The notes beneath the pieces were generated by a model. The model was given only the letters and a program-made list of their open reading frames with translations, was not told the origin of the DNA and did not search any database. DNA of 64,000 nucleotides. It comes from Lama guanicoe (Eukaryota). This document shows positions 1-12,823 of the stretch, piece by piece. The stretch is from positions 23,622,795 to 23,686,794 of the forward strand of contig MU054187.1 of NCBI GenBank assembly GCA_013239625.1, written 5' to 3'. The position numbers were made by a program, and so were the translations under genes. The stretch's first letter is position 1. The number at the start of each line of letters is the position of its first letter.

Positions 1-541
1 TTCACACAAGGACGAGTAACGAAGTGGTGCCCATCCTCAACTTCAACCTTGATGGCTATTTAGTGCCAGTTTGAACTTCTGAAATAGCTTTCATCTCATA
101 TTTCAAAGTGCTTGTGTAAGAAACTGTGTTGTATTTCTTTAATTGCATTGACAACCATACACTACATAGAAAACTGTTCTCAGATGAGAACACTGAAGCA
201 ACCTTCCAATGAATCAGGGACTTAGAAAAGAGACACTTCTTAGTGTGTAAAACTAGACAAGTATTTCCCAAATCCCACAGAACTGCATGTACTACATACT
301 AAATGGACTGTATGTTTGTGAGTTCTCACTATCATATATATCAGATCATTTCTCATAATCATTCTCAACAGAAATGCCATAGTGCCACTTAAAAAACAGG
401 ATTACCAACTGAGTGGTCTCCACGTCGTCCTGTATTGTGAGCCTCTCCACAGACATCCACAGCCACTATATATTCTGAAGTTTTCTAACTATTTTCGGCC
501 CTACGAGGAAGCACTCAAGTCTTCTACACACCTAATACTGA

Positions 542-942
542 TGTTGGGGAAGGTCATCAAGAAAAGATCACTAGCTGAAACTCTGAGCTGGACCTAGGCA
601 ATTGGAGCCTCCTGCATCCTCTCCTCTGTCCTTTGAATGTGGCTTGAGCTTGCCTTCCCCATTCCCAGAAGCTGCCCCAAGGACACAGCCTTGAGACAGA
701 ATTGTGGTGTTGGGACGATCTGGACTGCATACGTGATTAAATCCAGTTAAGGGCTCCATACAAACTTTTAAGATTCTGATGGGCAGGTGATGAGATGTAT
801 GGTCTTGTGGCCACCAATGGCAAGCCTCGTAAGTAAGTTCCCTTGCTTATTAAACCTGCCACCTACCAGTCTGGAGTGATCTGCCTCTTTCTTTGGTTTC
901 TCCCTGCCTTCTGCATGTGGGGGCTGATTTAATAAACTAACA
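542..942 (+). mobile_element. Solo LTR (probably ERV1 class), ~400 bp
   Basis: TGTTGG...CTAACA near-inverted termini. ATTAAA poly(A) signal near 848 is followed by a pyrimidine-rich U5-like tail. No clear TSD; family uncertain. Confidence 0.6.
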
Positions 943-1519
943 GTTAAATATATGATTACTGAGCAAGCACACTTACCCTGGCAACTGAGCCAGTGCAAGT
1001 CAGCGATACCTAACTCACACAGTGAAATTAATCAAATGCTGTCAAATATACAGCAGAAAGACTTTCTGGATAAACGGACAATTTCTTTTTGAGCAGCAAC
1101 TATATTTAACATCCAGTTAAGGCTGTGGAATAGGCTGTCTCACTAGAGAGGGAATTACTGCTTTCAGGGAATTTAGGATCTACCTAAAGGAATGAAGCAT
1201 TCATACATGCAAGACAATTTGACAAAAAACAATGACAGGCCAGTAACATATAGCATGTAAATACTGAAGATCATCTAAGTGCACTCTAGTTAAATAGGAG
1301 GCTCTTCTTCAAGAAGCAGAAACATCTGGGCCAGGTTCCCTGATTTGACCTGGGCACTGCTGCTAATCCCCATTCCACACATTCCTACTAGTAGTATATA
1401 TTTTTCATGTCTTATCACTTTTTTCACAATTCCTAGTTTCTTTTCTCAATGACCTACGCTTTACAGTATTTCTAGAATTATCTCCCAAAGGTCTAAGTCA
1501 GACCATGTTATATTCAATA

Positions 1520-1745
1520 AGAGAGTGAGACCCTGGAGTCCAGGGGATCTAGCCTGAACCCTGGCTCTGCCACTTATTATATAAGTGACTTTGTGGGTAA
1601 TCTACTCAATGTCTCTAAGCCACAGATTATTCATCTGTTGAACAGGGATACTAATATACCTACTTTTAAACTTTCCATGTAGACTAAATAAATATAAGAA
1701 TTCCTAGCAGAACACTCAGCACAGAGTAAATGTTAAATAACTGTG
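1520..1745 (+). mobile_element. MIR SINE
   Basis: Decayed MIR core: 'ctggctctgccactta...gtgactttg...tctctaagccacag...tcatctgt...cagcacagagtaaatgttaaataa'. Confidence 0.8.
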
Positions 1746-3440
1746 AGACACTGTTTTAATTGTTTTAATTATACCCCTCCCCCTTAGCTTTAAAATAGCC
1801 TATCAAGATGAATTAAGAGCTTCTAAGCCAGAAGTTCAAGCCCTTTCACTTTATGGCACAGCCTGCTATCCTGTATTTCTATCATAACACTTCCTTCTGG
1901 GCTATCGATGTTGCAGCCAAACCAGATGGTGTGCCCTTCTCTGTGCTGTCCCCATAAAACCCTATCTCCCTGCCTTTGTGTAGTTCCTTTGATCTGCCCC
2001 AAATGCCCTTCTCATCCCACATTCCCCTTATCAAGTTCAGTTCCTTGATGGTCAAATCCAAGTACTGACTCTTACATGATATAAGTCTGAATCTTTTCAA
2101 CTCCAGGAGCACATTCCCCCTGGGCAGGTGAGCACCTTCCACTGCCAAGGCTGAGCTCTTCAGAGTCAGAGACCGGGCTTTTTCTCCTTTTAATGACCAA
2201 AGCAGCCAGCTTATTGTCTGCACAAGGCAATATTGAAATAAATGCTGAATAATGATGAATGAACAGACTTAACAAAAGAAACGTGAGGACACAACTTGGC
2301 CCCTACCATGGGAACTTCTCATGCGGGAAAGTTTATTCACATTGAACAAATATTTAATACACAATATTCAAGAGCACTGGGCTTTCCAAAAGTATTCAGT
2401 TATTTTATTTAAAAGGTCCCCAAAGTGGGTGTCAAATCCAGTTCTTTCACAGTAATGATTCTATTTTATGGCCAAACATGCAAAGTGACATATATTAGGT
2501 ACAATTTCAAGGAGTTCAGTCTAGCCTCTTGAGAACAGTATTATTCAATTAAAGATTTTTTTTAAGAAAAAAATGGCAATGAATGATTAAATCAGTGTTT
2601 CTCTGAGTGCATGCTTTAATAAATAATAAAATAGACTTATGCTCATTTTTTTAGAAATGGAAAAAAAATCCTTTAAATCATTTATCCCTAATAAAACAAG
2701 ATAAACAGGAGTTGTGCTCATATTACCAAATAGCAAATGGATAACTTAAAAACTCATTTAATTAAGCAAATATGTTTATTCATGGCAGTCTGTCATCTTG
2801 AAGCCCTAATTTCATCTGACATACAAACCAGAATTTTAGATATGCCACAGATCTAAAATGTGGTATTCATGTTTTCCTGAGAGTTTAATAAGAGTTAAAG
2901 TATTCTGGCAAGGGTATGCTATAATCCAAATGAAGTGAACACAATTACTTTTCTTACCCACCCATTTCAAGAACAGTTTTGGCCTTGGACCGATATATGG
3001 GAGCTCTTTCCAATTTAATGGCTCAGGGTTCCGTGGGTCTCACCAGCAATTGTTTTTAAATTAATGACTGCCTTCTGATTTAATCATGTAACTTTTTCTT
3101 CCTGACCCTTCTTTAACTGCAGCTGATCTCTTGTTTCTTTCAAGAACTATTAGGACAAATATAGAAAATTCAGGGTTAGGCTCTGACCTTTACTAACAGA
3201 CACAATTAGAGCTGGGCCTTTTAACTCTGGTGACTCAATAAAGCAGACCTGCTGTAAAGAAGGGCAGGAAAGAAAGGTCAGAGACTAATGGAGGAAAGGT
3301 GCTAGGTGGCCTTTCAAAACGCCAAAGTAACCCTTTTATTCCATTTACTTATTCATTGTTCAAATGTCTTTCAGAAGGTAATAAGTTTACAGCATTACTT
3401 AAGTTACTGTGTGTGGATAAATAAAGCTTCAACCATGGGT

Positions 3441-3610
3441 CAGGTGTTCTTAACCCTCGGTCCTAAGAAAGGCCTCAGGCAGTCGCAACTTCCTTGAAGT
3501 GTATGAAAATTTTGTGTTAATATACATTTCTTTCTTCCTTTCTTTCTGCATAGAGATTTTGTAGTCTCAAGTTCTTAAAGGATTCTGTATCCCAAATTTA
3601 AGAATCATTG
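3441..3610. mobile_element. hAT-Charlie-type non-autonomous DNA transposon remnant
   Basis: Termini 'caggtgttcttaacc' and 'ttaagaatcattg' resemble the CAGTGGTTCTCAA / TTGAGAACCACTG TIRs. Confidence 0.55.
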
Positions 3611-3902
3611 ACAAAGAATAATAGCATATATGTTGAAATATAGATTGGGTTATGTCCAAATGACTATTTATAAAAGTTGTATGTATGTTATTTTCAAACC
3701 CATAACATCCAAGCAAGCAAGTCAGGCCAGGTTATAAGTATCTACATTTTTAGAGATGAAAAATTTATTTCAAGGACTGCTCAAAGTCTTATATGAATTA
3801 ATTTTAAATGAGGATATAAGCATCAGATTGTTTGATAATGAATATCTCCCTAAATTCTGGCATCTCCATTTTATTGACAAAACCACCTTCCACAACATTT
3901 TC

Positions 3903-4270
3903 CATAGAACTTAGGAGTTTTAGAGATGGTGATTATGCAGCCCTCTCTGTTCACCAACCCTTTCCCATAAAAGACCTCAGTAACCAACCCTCAGAGCTCA
4001 CACAGGCTTCTCCCATCTGTGTGGCCCGCTGTTGCCTATAGCAAAGTGTCTATTAAACTTTTTCCTTGTCTCTTAAACTTTTCTTTGTCTCTGGTAAATT
4101 CTTTTACCACTCACAACACTGGCCCACCATGTCCCCCAACAGTGAGACCTTCAACTCTTTTAGCCCAAAATCTTATTTTATAGATGAAGAAACAAAAGCA
4201 TGGGCACCATGCACTTCTGGTCAAAGACACACATCTAGCTAGTGACCAGGCTGATTCAGATTCACATGAC
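3903..4270 (-). mobile_element. MIR (MIR3/MIRc-like) split by an LTR fragment
   Basis: 'catagaacttaggagttttagagatgg' resumes after ~4141 as 'gaccttc...ttattttatagatgaagaaac', the reverse MIR core. Confidence 0.6.
3930..4141 (+). mobile_element. 3' part of an ERVL-group LTR (MER54/MER74-like)
   Basis: CATAAAA TATA-like box, ATTAAA signal, 'ggtaaattcttttacca' motif and CAACA terminus. Confidence 0.55.
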
Positions 4271-5159
4271 TGGATTCAGCTTTCCTTAACTGCATCTTGG
4301 CTACTGCATGCATATGGAACAAAGTGTTGGCTAAAAATGATAAAACTGTTATTGATAATCTCTGTTTGCATGTGCATTTGTTTATTCTCAAAGACTGAAA
4401 GTAAATTCCTTGGTACTGTAGGCATATTAATCCATTATCATGATCAATCTTATGTCTTGGAAATATTTAATATACTTTGCGTACATATTAGTTACTATAA
4501 GTAACATACACATAAAACACTCTCTCTTCGTGCTCTCACAGAAAATTGAGGCAGAAGTTAACCTGAAGTTGGCAGGAAGAACTTCTAAGTAACATGCACT
4601 CCCCCCAGCCTTGTGAACAAAAATAAATTACAATGTGATAAATTGTTTCAGAGTTGGGAAATGGTGAGCCCATCAAAGAGTGGCCACTCTGCCTGTCTCC
4701 TCACCGTACTCTGGATTAGACAGACAATGATCTGGATTATCAGTGAAACTTGCAAAGGAAAAACCCATATATCAAAGGAGGTCATGTGCAAGGTTTTCAC
4801 TTTTTGTCTTCTATTCATCAGTATTTTTCATACCACATACATCTATTACTTCTATTATAGTTTTGAAGTATGTTTAAAATGTTATATTTCTTTAACCAGT
4901 GAGAAAATATTGTAATAGAAGAAATTCACATTTCAAAAAATGATTAAAATGCTTATTTATTAAATTGGTTTATTTACTTTTTTAAGAAAGGCCAGCATCA
5001 AATTCTTATTTTTAACATTGTTGTATTTCTACTAAAATAAATATTAATTATGTTTAGCCCACTTCATTGTAAAAACTATTTGAGGTACACTGATAAAAAT
5101 GCAAACCATTATCTCAGTATCTAGCAAATACAGTTCTTTGAAAGCAGTAGAGTGTTTAA

Positions 5160-5262
5160 AAAAAAGAAAGAAAGAGAAAGGAAGAAAGAAATGGAGGAGA
5201 GAAGGAAGAAATGAAGAAAGGGAGGGAGGGATGGAAGAAAGAAGGAAGGAAGGAAAGATAAA
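5160..5262. repeat. GA-rich low-complexity tract
   Basis: Degenerate (GAAA/GGAA/GGAG)n. Confidence 0.9.
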
Positions 5263-5768
5263 GTAGGTAGATCACCAAAGAGAAAAATATCATTATTTCC
5301 ACAGGTGTAAACAACACCTTCATACAATTGCTAAAATGCTAAGAATTTCCTCTAAATGTCTGTTGTATTTAAAATACAGTCTTTTTCAAGAAGAGGACAA
5401 ATCAGATCAAGATATATCATGACTCATTAATTAAAGGTATTATTATTAACTGTAAAAACTGATACCACTGTTGAATACATTTTTGGGTTTTTGTTGCATT
5501 TGCTTTTAAAGCATGCATAAAAAGTTATTGGGGATTTATTTTTAAAATTCCTTATTTTGCAACGTTTACTTAGGTGATCTCCATCTTTCCATACTGCAAG
5601 CCTAGAAACTGCATTCACAGAATTGCACAAGGCCTCCTTCACGCAGTGCCAAAAGCAGCTATTGAAAGAGGTCCATTATGCCACCCTGTGTGAGGAGTAT
5701 GGGAAATGGCAGACATGACCCTCAACCTCTATCTTGAGGACCTAAAGGTCAACTTGTCACTAAACAAC

Positions 5769-6167
5769 TGTGAGGGTTAAATTTATGCATCAATTTGACA
5801 AGGCCACAGCATCCAGGTATTTGGTCAAACACTAATCTAGATGAGGCAGTGAAGGCATTTTTTAAATGAAGTTAACATTTAAATCAGTAGATTAACTTAA
5901 AGCAGATTACTGTTTGTAATGTAGGTGGGTCTCATCCAATCAGTTGAAGGTCTTAACAGAAAAAGGGTAGTCCTGCCTTAAGGAAAAGTCTGCTTCTCAG
6001 ACTGTCTCAGACTCTAGCTGCCACATCAGCTCTTCCCTGGTCAGTGTCTCCTGCAGGTTCTGAACCTGCCAGCCTCTCCTTAAACTGACTCCCGCTCTGT
6101 CTCTTTCCCCCGTCCCTCTCTTTGTGGAGGTTCAGTTTGCTACTCTGTAAAGTGGATTAATAATACG
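5769..6167 (+). mobile_element. MLT2 (ERVL) solo LTR
   Basis: Start 'tgtgagggttaaatttatgcatcaatttgac'; internal 'gtgggtctcatccaatcagttgaagg'; end 'taatac'. Confidence 0.85.
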
Positions 6168-6389
6168 TAATTCCACAGTTTTTAAATAATCAAAAGACAT
6201 AATGCATTTATACTGCTTTGTAAACTATATAAACATTAGTTATTGATAAAGCTTAATTGAGAAGATAAAGAAAGCTTTTCTTTATCTTCACATTAGTAAC
6301 TTCAATACAGGGCTGGTGTCTAAGAAAGAGTGAATAACAGGGGAAAAGCCATTGAAGAGACTATCAAAGCTTATAAATATGGGTGCCAC

Positions 6390-6645
6390 CACTTACCTTC
6401 ACTAACTGAGCACATACTATGCTCTGGGCATTATAATTGGGTATTAATACATGTTTCTCATTCAGTATCTCAACAATCATAGAAATTTTGATAAAATTAC
6501 AGTTTCTCATTTTTAGATGAGTTCACTGGGTCTTGAAGAAAAGGCATTAAATAATTCAACCGGGATCCTAAAAATAAGAATATGAGAAAGAAGAATTTCA
6601 AACCCACACTTTTCTGACTATATTTTTAATCACTGCACCACGCTA
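6390..6645 (-). mobile_element. MIR SINE
   Basis: 'actgagcacatactatgctctgggca...catttttagatgag...tttcaaaccca...ttaatcactgcacc'. Confidence 0.75.
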
Positions 6646-7964
6646 CAGTCCAGGAATAAAATAGTTTAAATCTAAATGATGGGAGATAATAAACACATCA
6701 AAACAATTCAGTTAAATCAGTGAGAATTACAGCTCAAGCGGCTTCCATGATGGGAAGACGAAGGAATCAACTTGTCAGTTACTAAGACTTGTCAGTTACC
6801 CACAGTCATGGCAATATTGTCACATTTCCCTCTTTTCCTGGATTTCTCCTACATGCTTGTTACACTTTTAACATTTTGGATTCTTCCTGTTTAAAGCTGT
6901 AACACAGAGGCCTGAACCTGCCCTCCTCGCAGGGAAAACAAGCTGACATCTTAGAGACAAGGTGCCCTCTCCAGAGTCTCTCCCCCAAGCCCCCATGCCT
7001 GAAATTGAAATAATTTTTTCTTTGCAATTTAAGTAAGTTTTTACAAGTCTGAATGTCTATTGTAAAAAAGATTAATTACAACTATATAAAAATTCTAACA
7101 TCTTTGTGAATATTTTTATTTATGTGACTTTCTCTCCTTCCTCGATCCAGTACAAAAACACGGACAGAGAAGCATTTTCTACAAGAAGGCATCAACAGGG
7201 AAAGAATAGTGCAGAACTTCTCCTTCTCTTCCCACTTACTCCTTGGACTAGCACTGCTCTAAAAAGTAGATGTTGACAGCTAGAGAGAAAAATGTATCCT
7301 ACATAGATAAACACATTTTAAGCCAATTAAACCCAAAACTAAGAAAAACAAGATGCAGTATGTCCTTGTTTAAGGTCACTTAATTTATGGTTAAGACTTG
7401 ACATCAGGAAAGAGCGGAGACAGAAAAATAATACATAAACAAAAGAATAATAGGGTTACTTTTTTTCATATCCCCTTAATCTAAGAGTCATCATAAGAAA
7501 AGGACAAATTCATCTAAAAGGAATCTGTTTTTATGCAAAGAAAAAGTGATTATATTCAATTTTCTTCCTCAAGTCACTATATTTATTAGGTTTTTCACTA
7601 TAGTTTTAGAAGATTTCCAATGTAAAAGTTAAACATACAGTTTAATATTAACTATAATTAAAAAATAGACATAGCAAATAGTGATTCTACTAATATTCAA
7701 GCATCTCTTCAGTCTTTCTTGTAGCCAAAAATCATGCCAAGGATTACAGACAATTTTCAGATCTCTATGTGATAATACACAAATATTTATTAATTTGAAA
7801 ATATCTGGAATAAATAGTCTTACACTTGTTTCTCTATTTTCAATCTTACAATTTGGTATTCCCTTACCCCCACCTGGGGCAGACTTTATTACCATTAATA
7901 TTTCTATGAAGGGGTAAGATCCTGTGTAAATCCAACAACAAGGAAAACATAAATTCCATTACCT

Positions 7965-8310
7965 TTACATCCATGTGATAGAATACTGCTCAGCAATAAA
8001 AGATAGTGAACAACTGATAAACATAACATGGATAAATCTCAAAATAGCATGCTGAATGAAAGAAGCCAGACACAAAAGAGTTTATACAAGATGACTTTTT
8101 TATATAAAACTCAATCAAATGAGAACTAATCTATAGTGACAGAAAGCATGCCAATGCTTGCTTTGGAAATAGGGGGCAGGCAGGAAGAAGAGCTTACAAA
8201 ATGGGTGTAAACATAACAACAAAACTTGTCAAACTGCACTTCATATATATATATATATATATATATATAGTTCATTGTATGTATTTATACCTCAATAAAG
8301 ACATTTTTAA
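7965..8310 (+). mobile_element. Ancient L1M (L1MC/MD/ME-type) 3' end
   Basis: 'gaatactgctcagcaataaaa...catggataaatctcaaaa...gctgaatgaaagaagccagacacaaaag...ctaatctatagtgacagaaag...ctcaataaag'; internal (TA)n. Confidence 0.85.
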
Positions 8311-8544
8311 AAGCTCTGTGTAAAACAAATATGTTGCAATCTACCTTTAAACATCTTCATTCGTTCAAGTATTCTTTAATTGGTTCTGAAGTCCTAACCA
8401 GACTAGACAGGCATGACATGAATTAAAAGGTAAAAGCTACTGTCACCTTAAGGCTCCCACAATCAAAGCTGGGCATGAGACATGAAATAAAGCAACACAT
8501 TTTAATGAAGTTGTTTCGTTTGGTATCCACCCATCCCCCATACA

Positions 8545-8675
8545 CATACCTAAAATTAAACTCCACCAGGGCAACAATTTTTTCTGTTGTATTCATTACT
8601 GAGTTGCCATAACTTCTAGGAGAACCGAGTCCATAAAAACGGTGCAATAAACACTTTTTTCCTGAATGAATGAGT
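8545..8675 (+). mobile_element. L2 3' end
   Basis: 'taaactccaccagggca...caataaacac...tgaatgaatgag' tail. Confidence 0.6.
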
Positions 8676-8799
8676 AGACTGAACAGCGACCAGGGGGCAG
8701 ATCCTGGGCTGGCTGGGGATTAAAGCACTCCATTCAACAGACATGATTCCTGCTGTTATGAAATGTGTATGTGCATGTACTAGACATTAAAGAGCAAAT

Positions 8800-9335
8800 A
8801 AAATATAATGACACCTAAATAGGATTGCACTTGTCAAAGAAAAGCACAGAACAATGGGAAAGGTTGTACCAGGACAAACTAGTCTGGGAGTCTGGGATCT
8901 GGAAAGCTCTCATGGAGGAAATAACGTTCAGCCGAGTGCTGAAAGTTAAGTAAGAATTATCCAAGAGAATATGGCGAAGAACTGTGCCACTGTGGAGGAA
9001 ACAGCATGGGTGCAGGGCTTGAGGCAGAAAGGAACTCAGCACATTTTAGGAACAGAAGGAAAGGAAAACACAATCATAGGCAAGCGAGGACAGAGTAGAG
9101 ACAGTTGAAGACGGAGAGGTGGGAACAGGATAATGTCTTTTGCAGGAAACACTGAGGATTTTATACTTGCTCCTTAGACTAGCAGGAGGTCATTTATGGC
9201 TCATATTTAAAGCAGAAGAGCAGCATGATTAGGTTTGCTTTGCAAACTGATCTTTTTACTGCGTGGATAATGAACTGAGGGGATGTAGTCACCAAATCTA
9301 GGAGACCGATCATGAGACCGCTGCACTGATCTAGA
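8800..9335 (-). mobile_element. L2 fragment
   Basis: 'ggaaagctctcatggaggaaataacg...gaggaaacagcatgggtgcagggcttgaggcag...gcagaagagcagcatgattaggtttg', the reverse L2 3' region. Confidence 0.75.
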
Positions 9336-10810
9336 AATTGTTCCAGTCCACTGAAGTTTTCAGTTTATTGGCATAAATTTGTTCGTAATATTCTTGCTAG
9401 TGGCCCAATCTCTGTAGTATCAAAAGTTACGTCTCCATTTCCAGGGTATTTGTGCCTTCTCTTTTTAAGTTATGAATCTTAACAGAGGTTTGTCTATTTT
9501 TATTAGCATTTCAAAACAATGAATGAGGCTTTGTGGAGGCTTTTTATTATATAGTATTTATATCATAGGCTTATTTTTCTACTTCAATAATTTATGAAAT
9601 ATCTTCATTATTTTCTTCTTCCTACAATCTTTGGATATATTTGGCTGTTCTTCTCTAACTTCTAAGTTGAATGTTTAGCTAATAATGAATTTTGAACTTT
9701 TATTCCTTCTAATGTAGCATTTGGGCAATAAATTTGTTTTGCCAAAGCACTGATTCAAGCTATAAACCACACGGACAGACATATAGTAATTGTTTTCAAT
9801 CAGTTTATATTTCATCATTTTCATCATGATTTCTCTTCTAATTTCTAAGTTGTTTAGAAGCATGCATTTAAATTTTCAAACATGTTTTTTCTTTATTTAT
9901 TTTTTTACTCCTAATTTACTGCATGGTCAGGAAATGGGTTCTGCATGAAACATCGTTTAATATGTTGAAGCTAATTTATGGTCCACCAATAGTCATTTTT
10001 AAATAGTGTTTCATAAGGCCACCCTCCTACATTGTTGGTGGCAATGCAGCTTGTTGCAGCCACTGTGGAAGACAGTATGGAGATTCCTCAAAAGACTAAA
10101 AATAGACTTACCATATGACCCAGTAATCCTACTCCTGGGCATACATCCAGAGGGAACCCTAATTCAAAAAGACACCTGCACCCCAATGTCCACAGCAGCA
10201 CTATTTACAATAGCCAAGACATGGAAACAGCCTAAATGTCCATCAACAGATGACCAGATAAAGAAGATGCGGTATATTTATACAATGGAATACTATTCAG
10301 CCATAAAAATGACAAAAAAATGACAACGCCATTTGCAGCAACATGGATGTCCCTGGAGAATGTCATTCTAAGTGAAGTAAGCCAGAAAGAGAAAGAAAAA
10401 TACCATATGAGGTCACTCATATGTGGAATCTAAAAAAAAAAAAAGACTAATGAACTTATATATAAAACAGAAATAGACTCACAGGCACAGAATGCAGACT
10501 TGTGGTTGCCCGGGGGGGAGGGGGGTGGGAAGGGATAAACTGGGAATCTGAGATTTGCAGATACTGACTGGTATATACAAAATAGATAAACAAGTTTATA
10601 CTGTATAGCACAGGGAAATATATTCACTATCTTACAGTAGCTCACAGTGAAAAAGAATATGAAAATGAATATATGTATATTCATGTACAACTGAAGAATT
10701 GTGCTGTACACCAGAAATTGACACAAAATTGTAAACTGATTGATCACAATAAAAAATACATAGTGTTTAATATATTCTAGATGAATATATGCGTTTCCCT
10801 TGCAAGTGAA
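9336..10810 (-). mobile_element. Ancient L1M ORF2 fragment, interrupted by a younger L1
   Basis: T-rich antisense L1 ORF2 ('agaggtttgtctatttttattagcatttcaaaac', 'gttcttctctaacttctaagttgaatgtttagct'); appears to resume after 10772. Confidence 0.7.
10016..10759 (+). mobile_element. 5'-truncated young camelid-type L1 (ORF2 C-terminus + 3'UTR)
   Basis: ORF 10006-10323 (…HCWWQC…[12 protein letters not shown]…LPYDP…AALFTIAKTWKQPKCPS…MEYYSAIK) is the L1 ORF2p Cys-rich C-terminus. TSD ATAGTGTTTCATA (10003-10015) / ATAGTGTTTAATA (10760-10772). Confidence 0.95.
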
Positions 10811-11129
10811 TGAAATTACCCAGGTGGAGAATTTAATGTGATAAAAGGAAGAAAAGCCATTTCGCCCTTTCTCCCACACACATGTCTGCTGTAAGTTAGG
10901 GAGCTCCTCACTTAGATGTACTGCTATCAGCCATGTACAACTATTGGCTATGCCTTTTTTACTTCTCCATTCTTTCATAGATCCTCTTTTCTGTTTTCAC
11001 ACGCCTGCCACCACTGTTTCAGAGCAACCACGTTTTCATATACTGAGCATGGATTTGCCTCTTAGGGGAATCTGCTAACTCATCAACTCCTACAGAAAAG
11101 CTCTAGGATTTCCTGGTTTGGCTTTGACG

Positions 11130-11330
11130 CTTCACCTGCATGTTCCCACAGTGCTATGTGCCTGAGCACTTAAGTCACTAACCACAGTTATCCCTCCCCG
11201 ACTAGACTTTCTATGTCTGCGGACAGAAACATCTGAGACATTACATTTCTTGGTCTCAGTATAATGACTCAACCATGGTGGGTGTTCAACAAATGTCTCA
11301 ATTCATGAATGGGATAAATGAATCAATGAG
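11130..11330 (+). mobile_element. L2 3' end
   Basis: 'ctccccgactagact...ggacagaaac...gtgggtgttcaacaaatgt...tgaatgggataaatgaatcaatga'. Confidence 0.65.
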
Positions 11331-11744
11331 TTTTGTTTAAACCCCAAATGAAAACACATTGGGAAAGACTAATTGATTCTACAACTTGATTCTATTATGA
11401 GAAACATGGTAGGATGACTTAAAATTAATTTTGTTATAAGAAGAAAAATGTTTATATCATCAAGTGGATTATAAGATTAATAATTTTTAATGCACTGAGA
11501 ATCCCTGTACAAATAAGTTCAATTAAACAGTGATTGTATCAAATAAAGACATTTTCCAATGCCACAAAAGAATGCTTTTTTAAAACCACGAAGGGACAGT
11601 TTACAGACTTTTCTATGTTCTCCATTTAGGTGGAAGCAGTGAGATACCCCTTAACTTGAAATAAGGAAAAACATGACTGCCTTCAGCATAGAAAAATCAT
11701 CCACATCTCTACTGTGGAGAGACAATGCTTAGCTTGGATCAATT

Positions 11745-11895
11745 AAACGCATTCATTCAGTCAGGCTGACATCCATTCATATATACTTACTGGGGACCTA
11801 CTATGTGTCAGTCACCATTGACCATTCACTATTCTGAATCTCATAAGTGAAGAAATTACACAAAAATCCTTGCTGCTGTGGAGGTTATATTTAAT
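11745..11895 (-). mobile_element. L2 3' end
   Basis: 'cattcattcag...ttactggggacctactatgtgtcag...aaaaatccttgctgctgtggaggttatatt'. Confidence 0.65.
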
Positions 11896-12823
11896 TACTA
11901 GCATATTAACAAACCTGAAGTAAAAATTTATTAACATTAGGATTTGCCCAGCAAGGAAATTGTCAATGTGTCTAAATGACAGTTACAAGAGGAGAAGATA
12001 CAAGATTGTGGGTTTACAATCTTATTGTCAGAGAAGTATACTGTGCTATGTTGAAAAATGTTTCATCAGGAGTCATTTTAACCTAGAAGAAATATGCCTA
12101 AGGAAAAATTACCTTTCATTATGACATTTCTATGCTCATGAAACAATGTATGAGAACTAATTCTGTTTCTCAGTTCCCAACCAGGCAACTTTTTTTCTTC
12201 ATAGAAGGAACTGATATTAAAGAAATATGTTAAAAATTATATTGCTCTTCAGAAAATGGAAATGTAATCAAGTCCAGTGAATTAGAAGACCCTCTACCAA
12301 GCTAATGACCAACAAAGAGGCATGGTAAGGTTCCTGTTTGGTATACAGACAATGGCACTGTAAAGTACCAGATACCTCCTTCAAAACGTCAACATACTAA
12401 AAAATAAAACTTGGGAAAAATACTTTGCATTTCATGTATGTATGATATCAGAAAACTTATAAACTGTAAACAAAATGTAGTTGAATATCACCCCACAGGT
12501 TTAATACTCAACTTATTTTCAGGAAAAAAATGCTTACTGAAAGTTAACAACAGGCATGGTTATCCTTAATTTTAAGTTATTTTGCAACTCAAGGAGATAA
12601 TTTTAAATGTACAGAGAAAAGTTTGTTACTAAGTACACTTTCTAGCTAAGATGGATATGCAAAGATACCAAGGGCAATATGATTTATATATTATAGGTAA
12701 TTATCTCAAAAATGACATTTTAGAATGCCTAAAATGTGGTAAAACATAAGAAATGAAGAATAAATCTAAATTTTACTTGAGCAACTAGAAGTATATAAAC
12801 TTTTCAGCTTAAATGAGGTCTTA

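Noticed and set aside
971..1045. Minus-strand exon ending at AGG|GTAAGT
   Set aside because: The better upstream acceptor gives stops in all three frames and the nearer acceptor is weak; the donor is isolated.
6770..6799. 13-bp direct repeat ACTTGTCAGTTAC, twice
   Set aside because: Ordinary short slippage duplication.
8687..8700. CTCF-like motif CGACCAGGGGGCAG
   Set aside because: A near-invariant core C is replaced by G, so it cannot be supported without ChIP data. A similar weak match lies at 51449-51462.
10430..10978. Longest ORF in the track (182 aa, minus)
   Set aside because: Largely the antisense of the L1 3'UTR plus flank; F/I/Y-rich with no recognisable domain.
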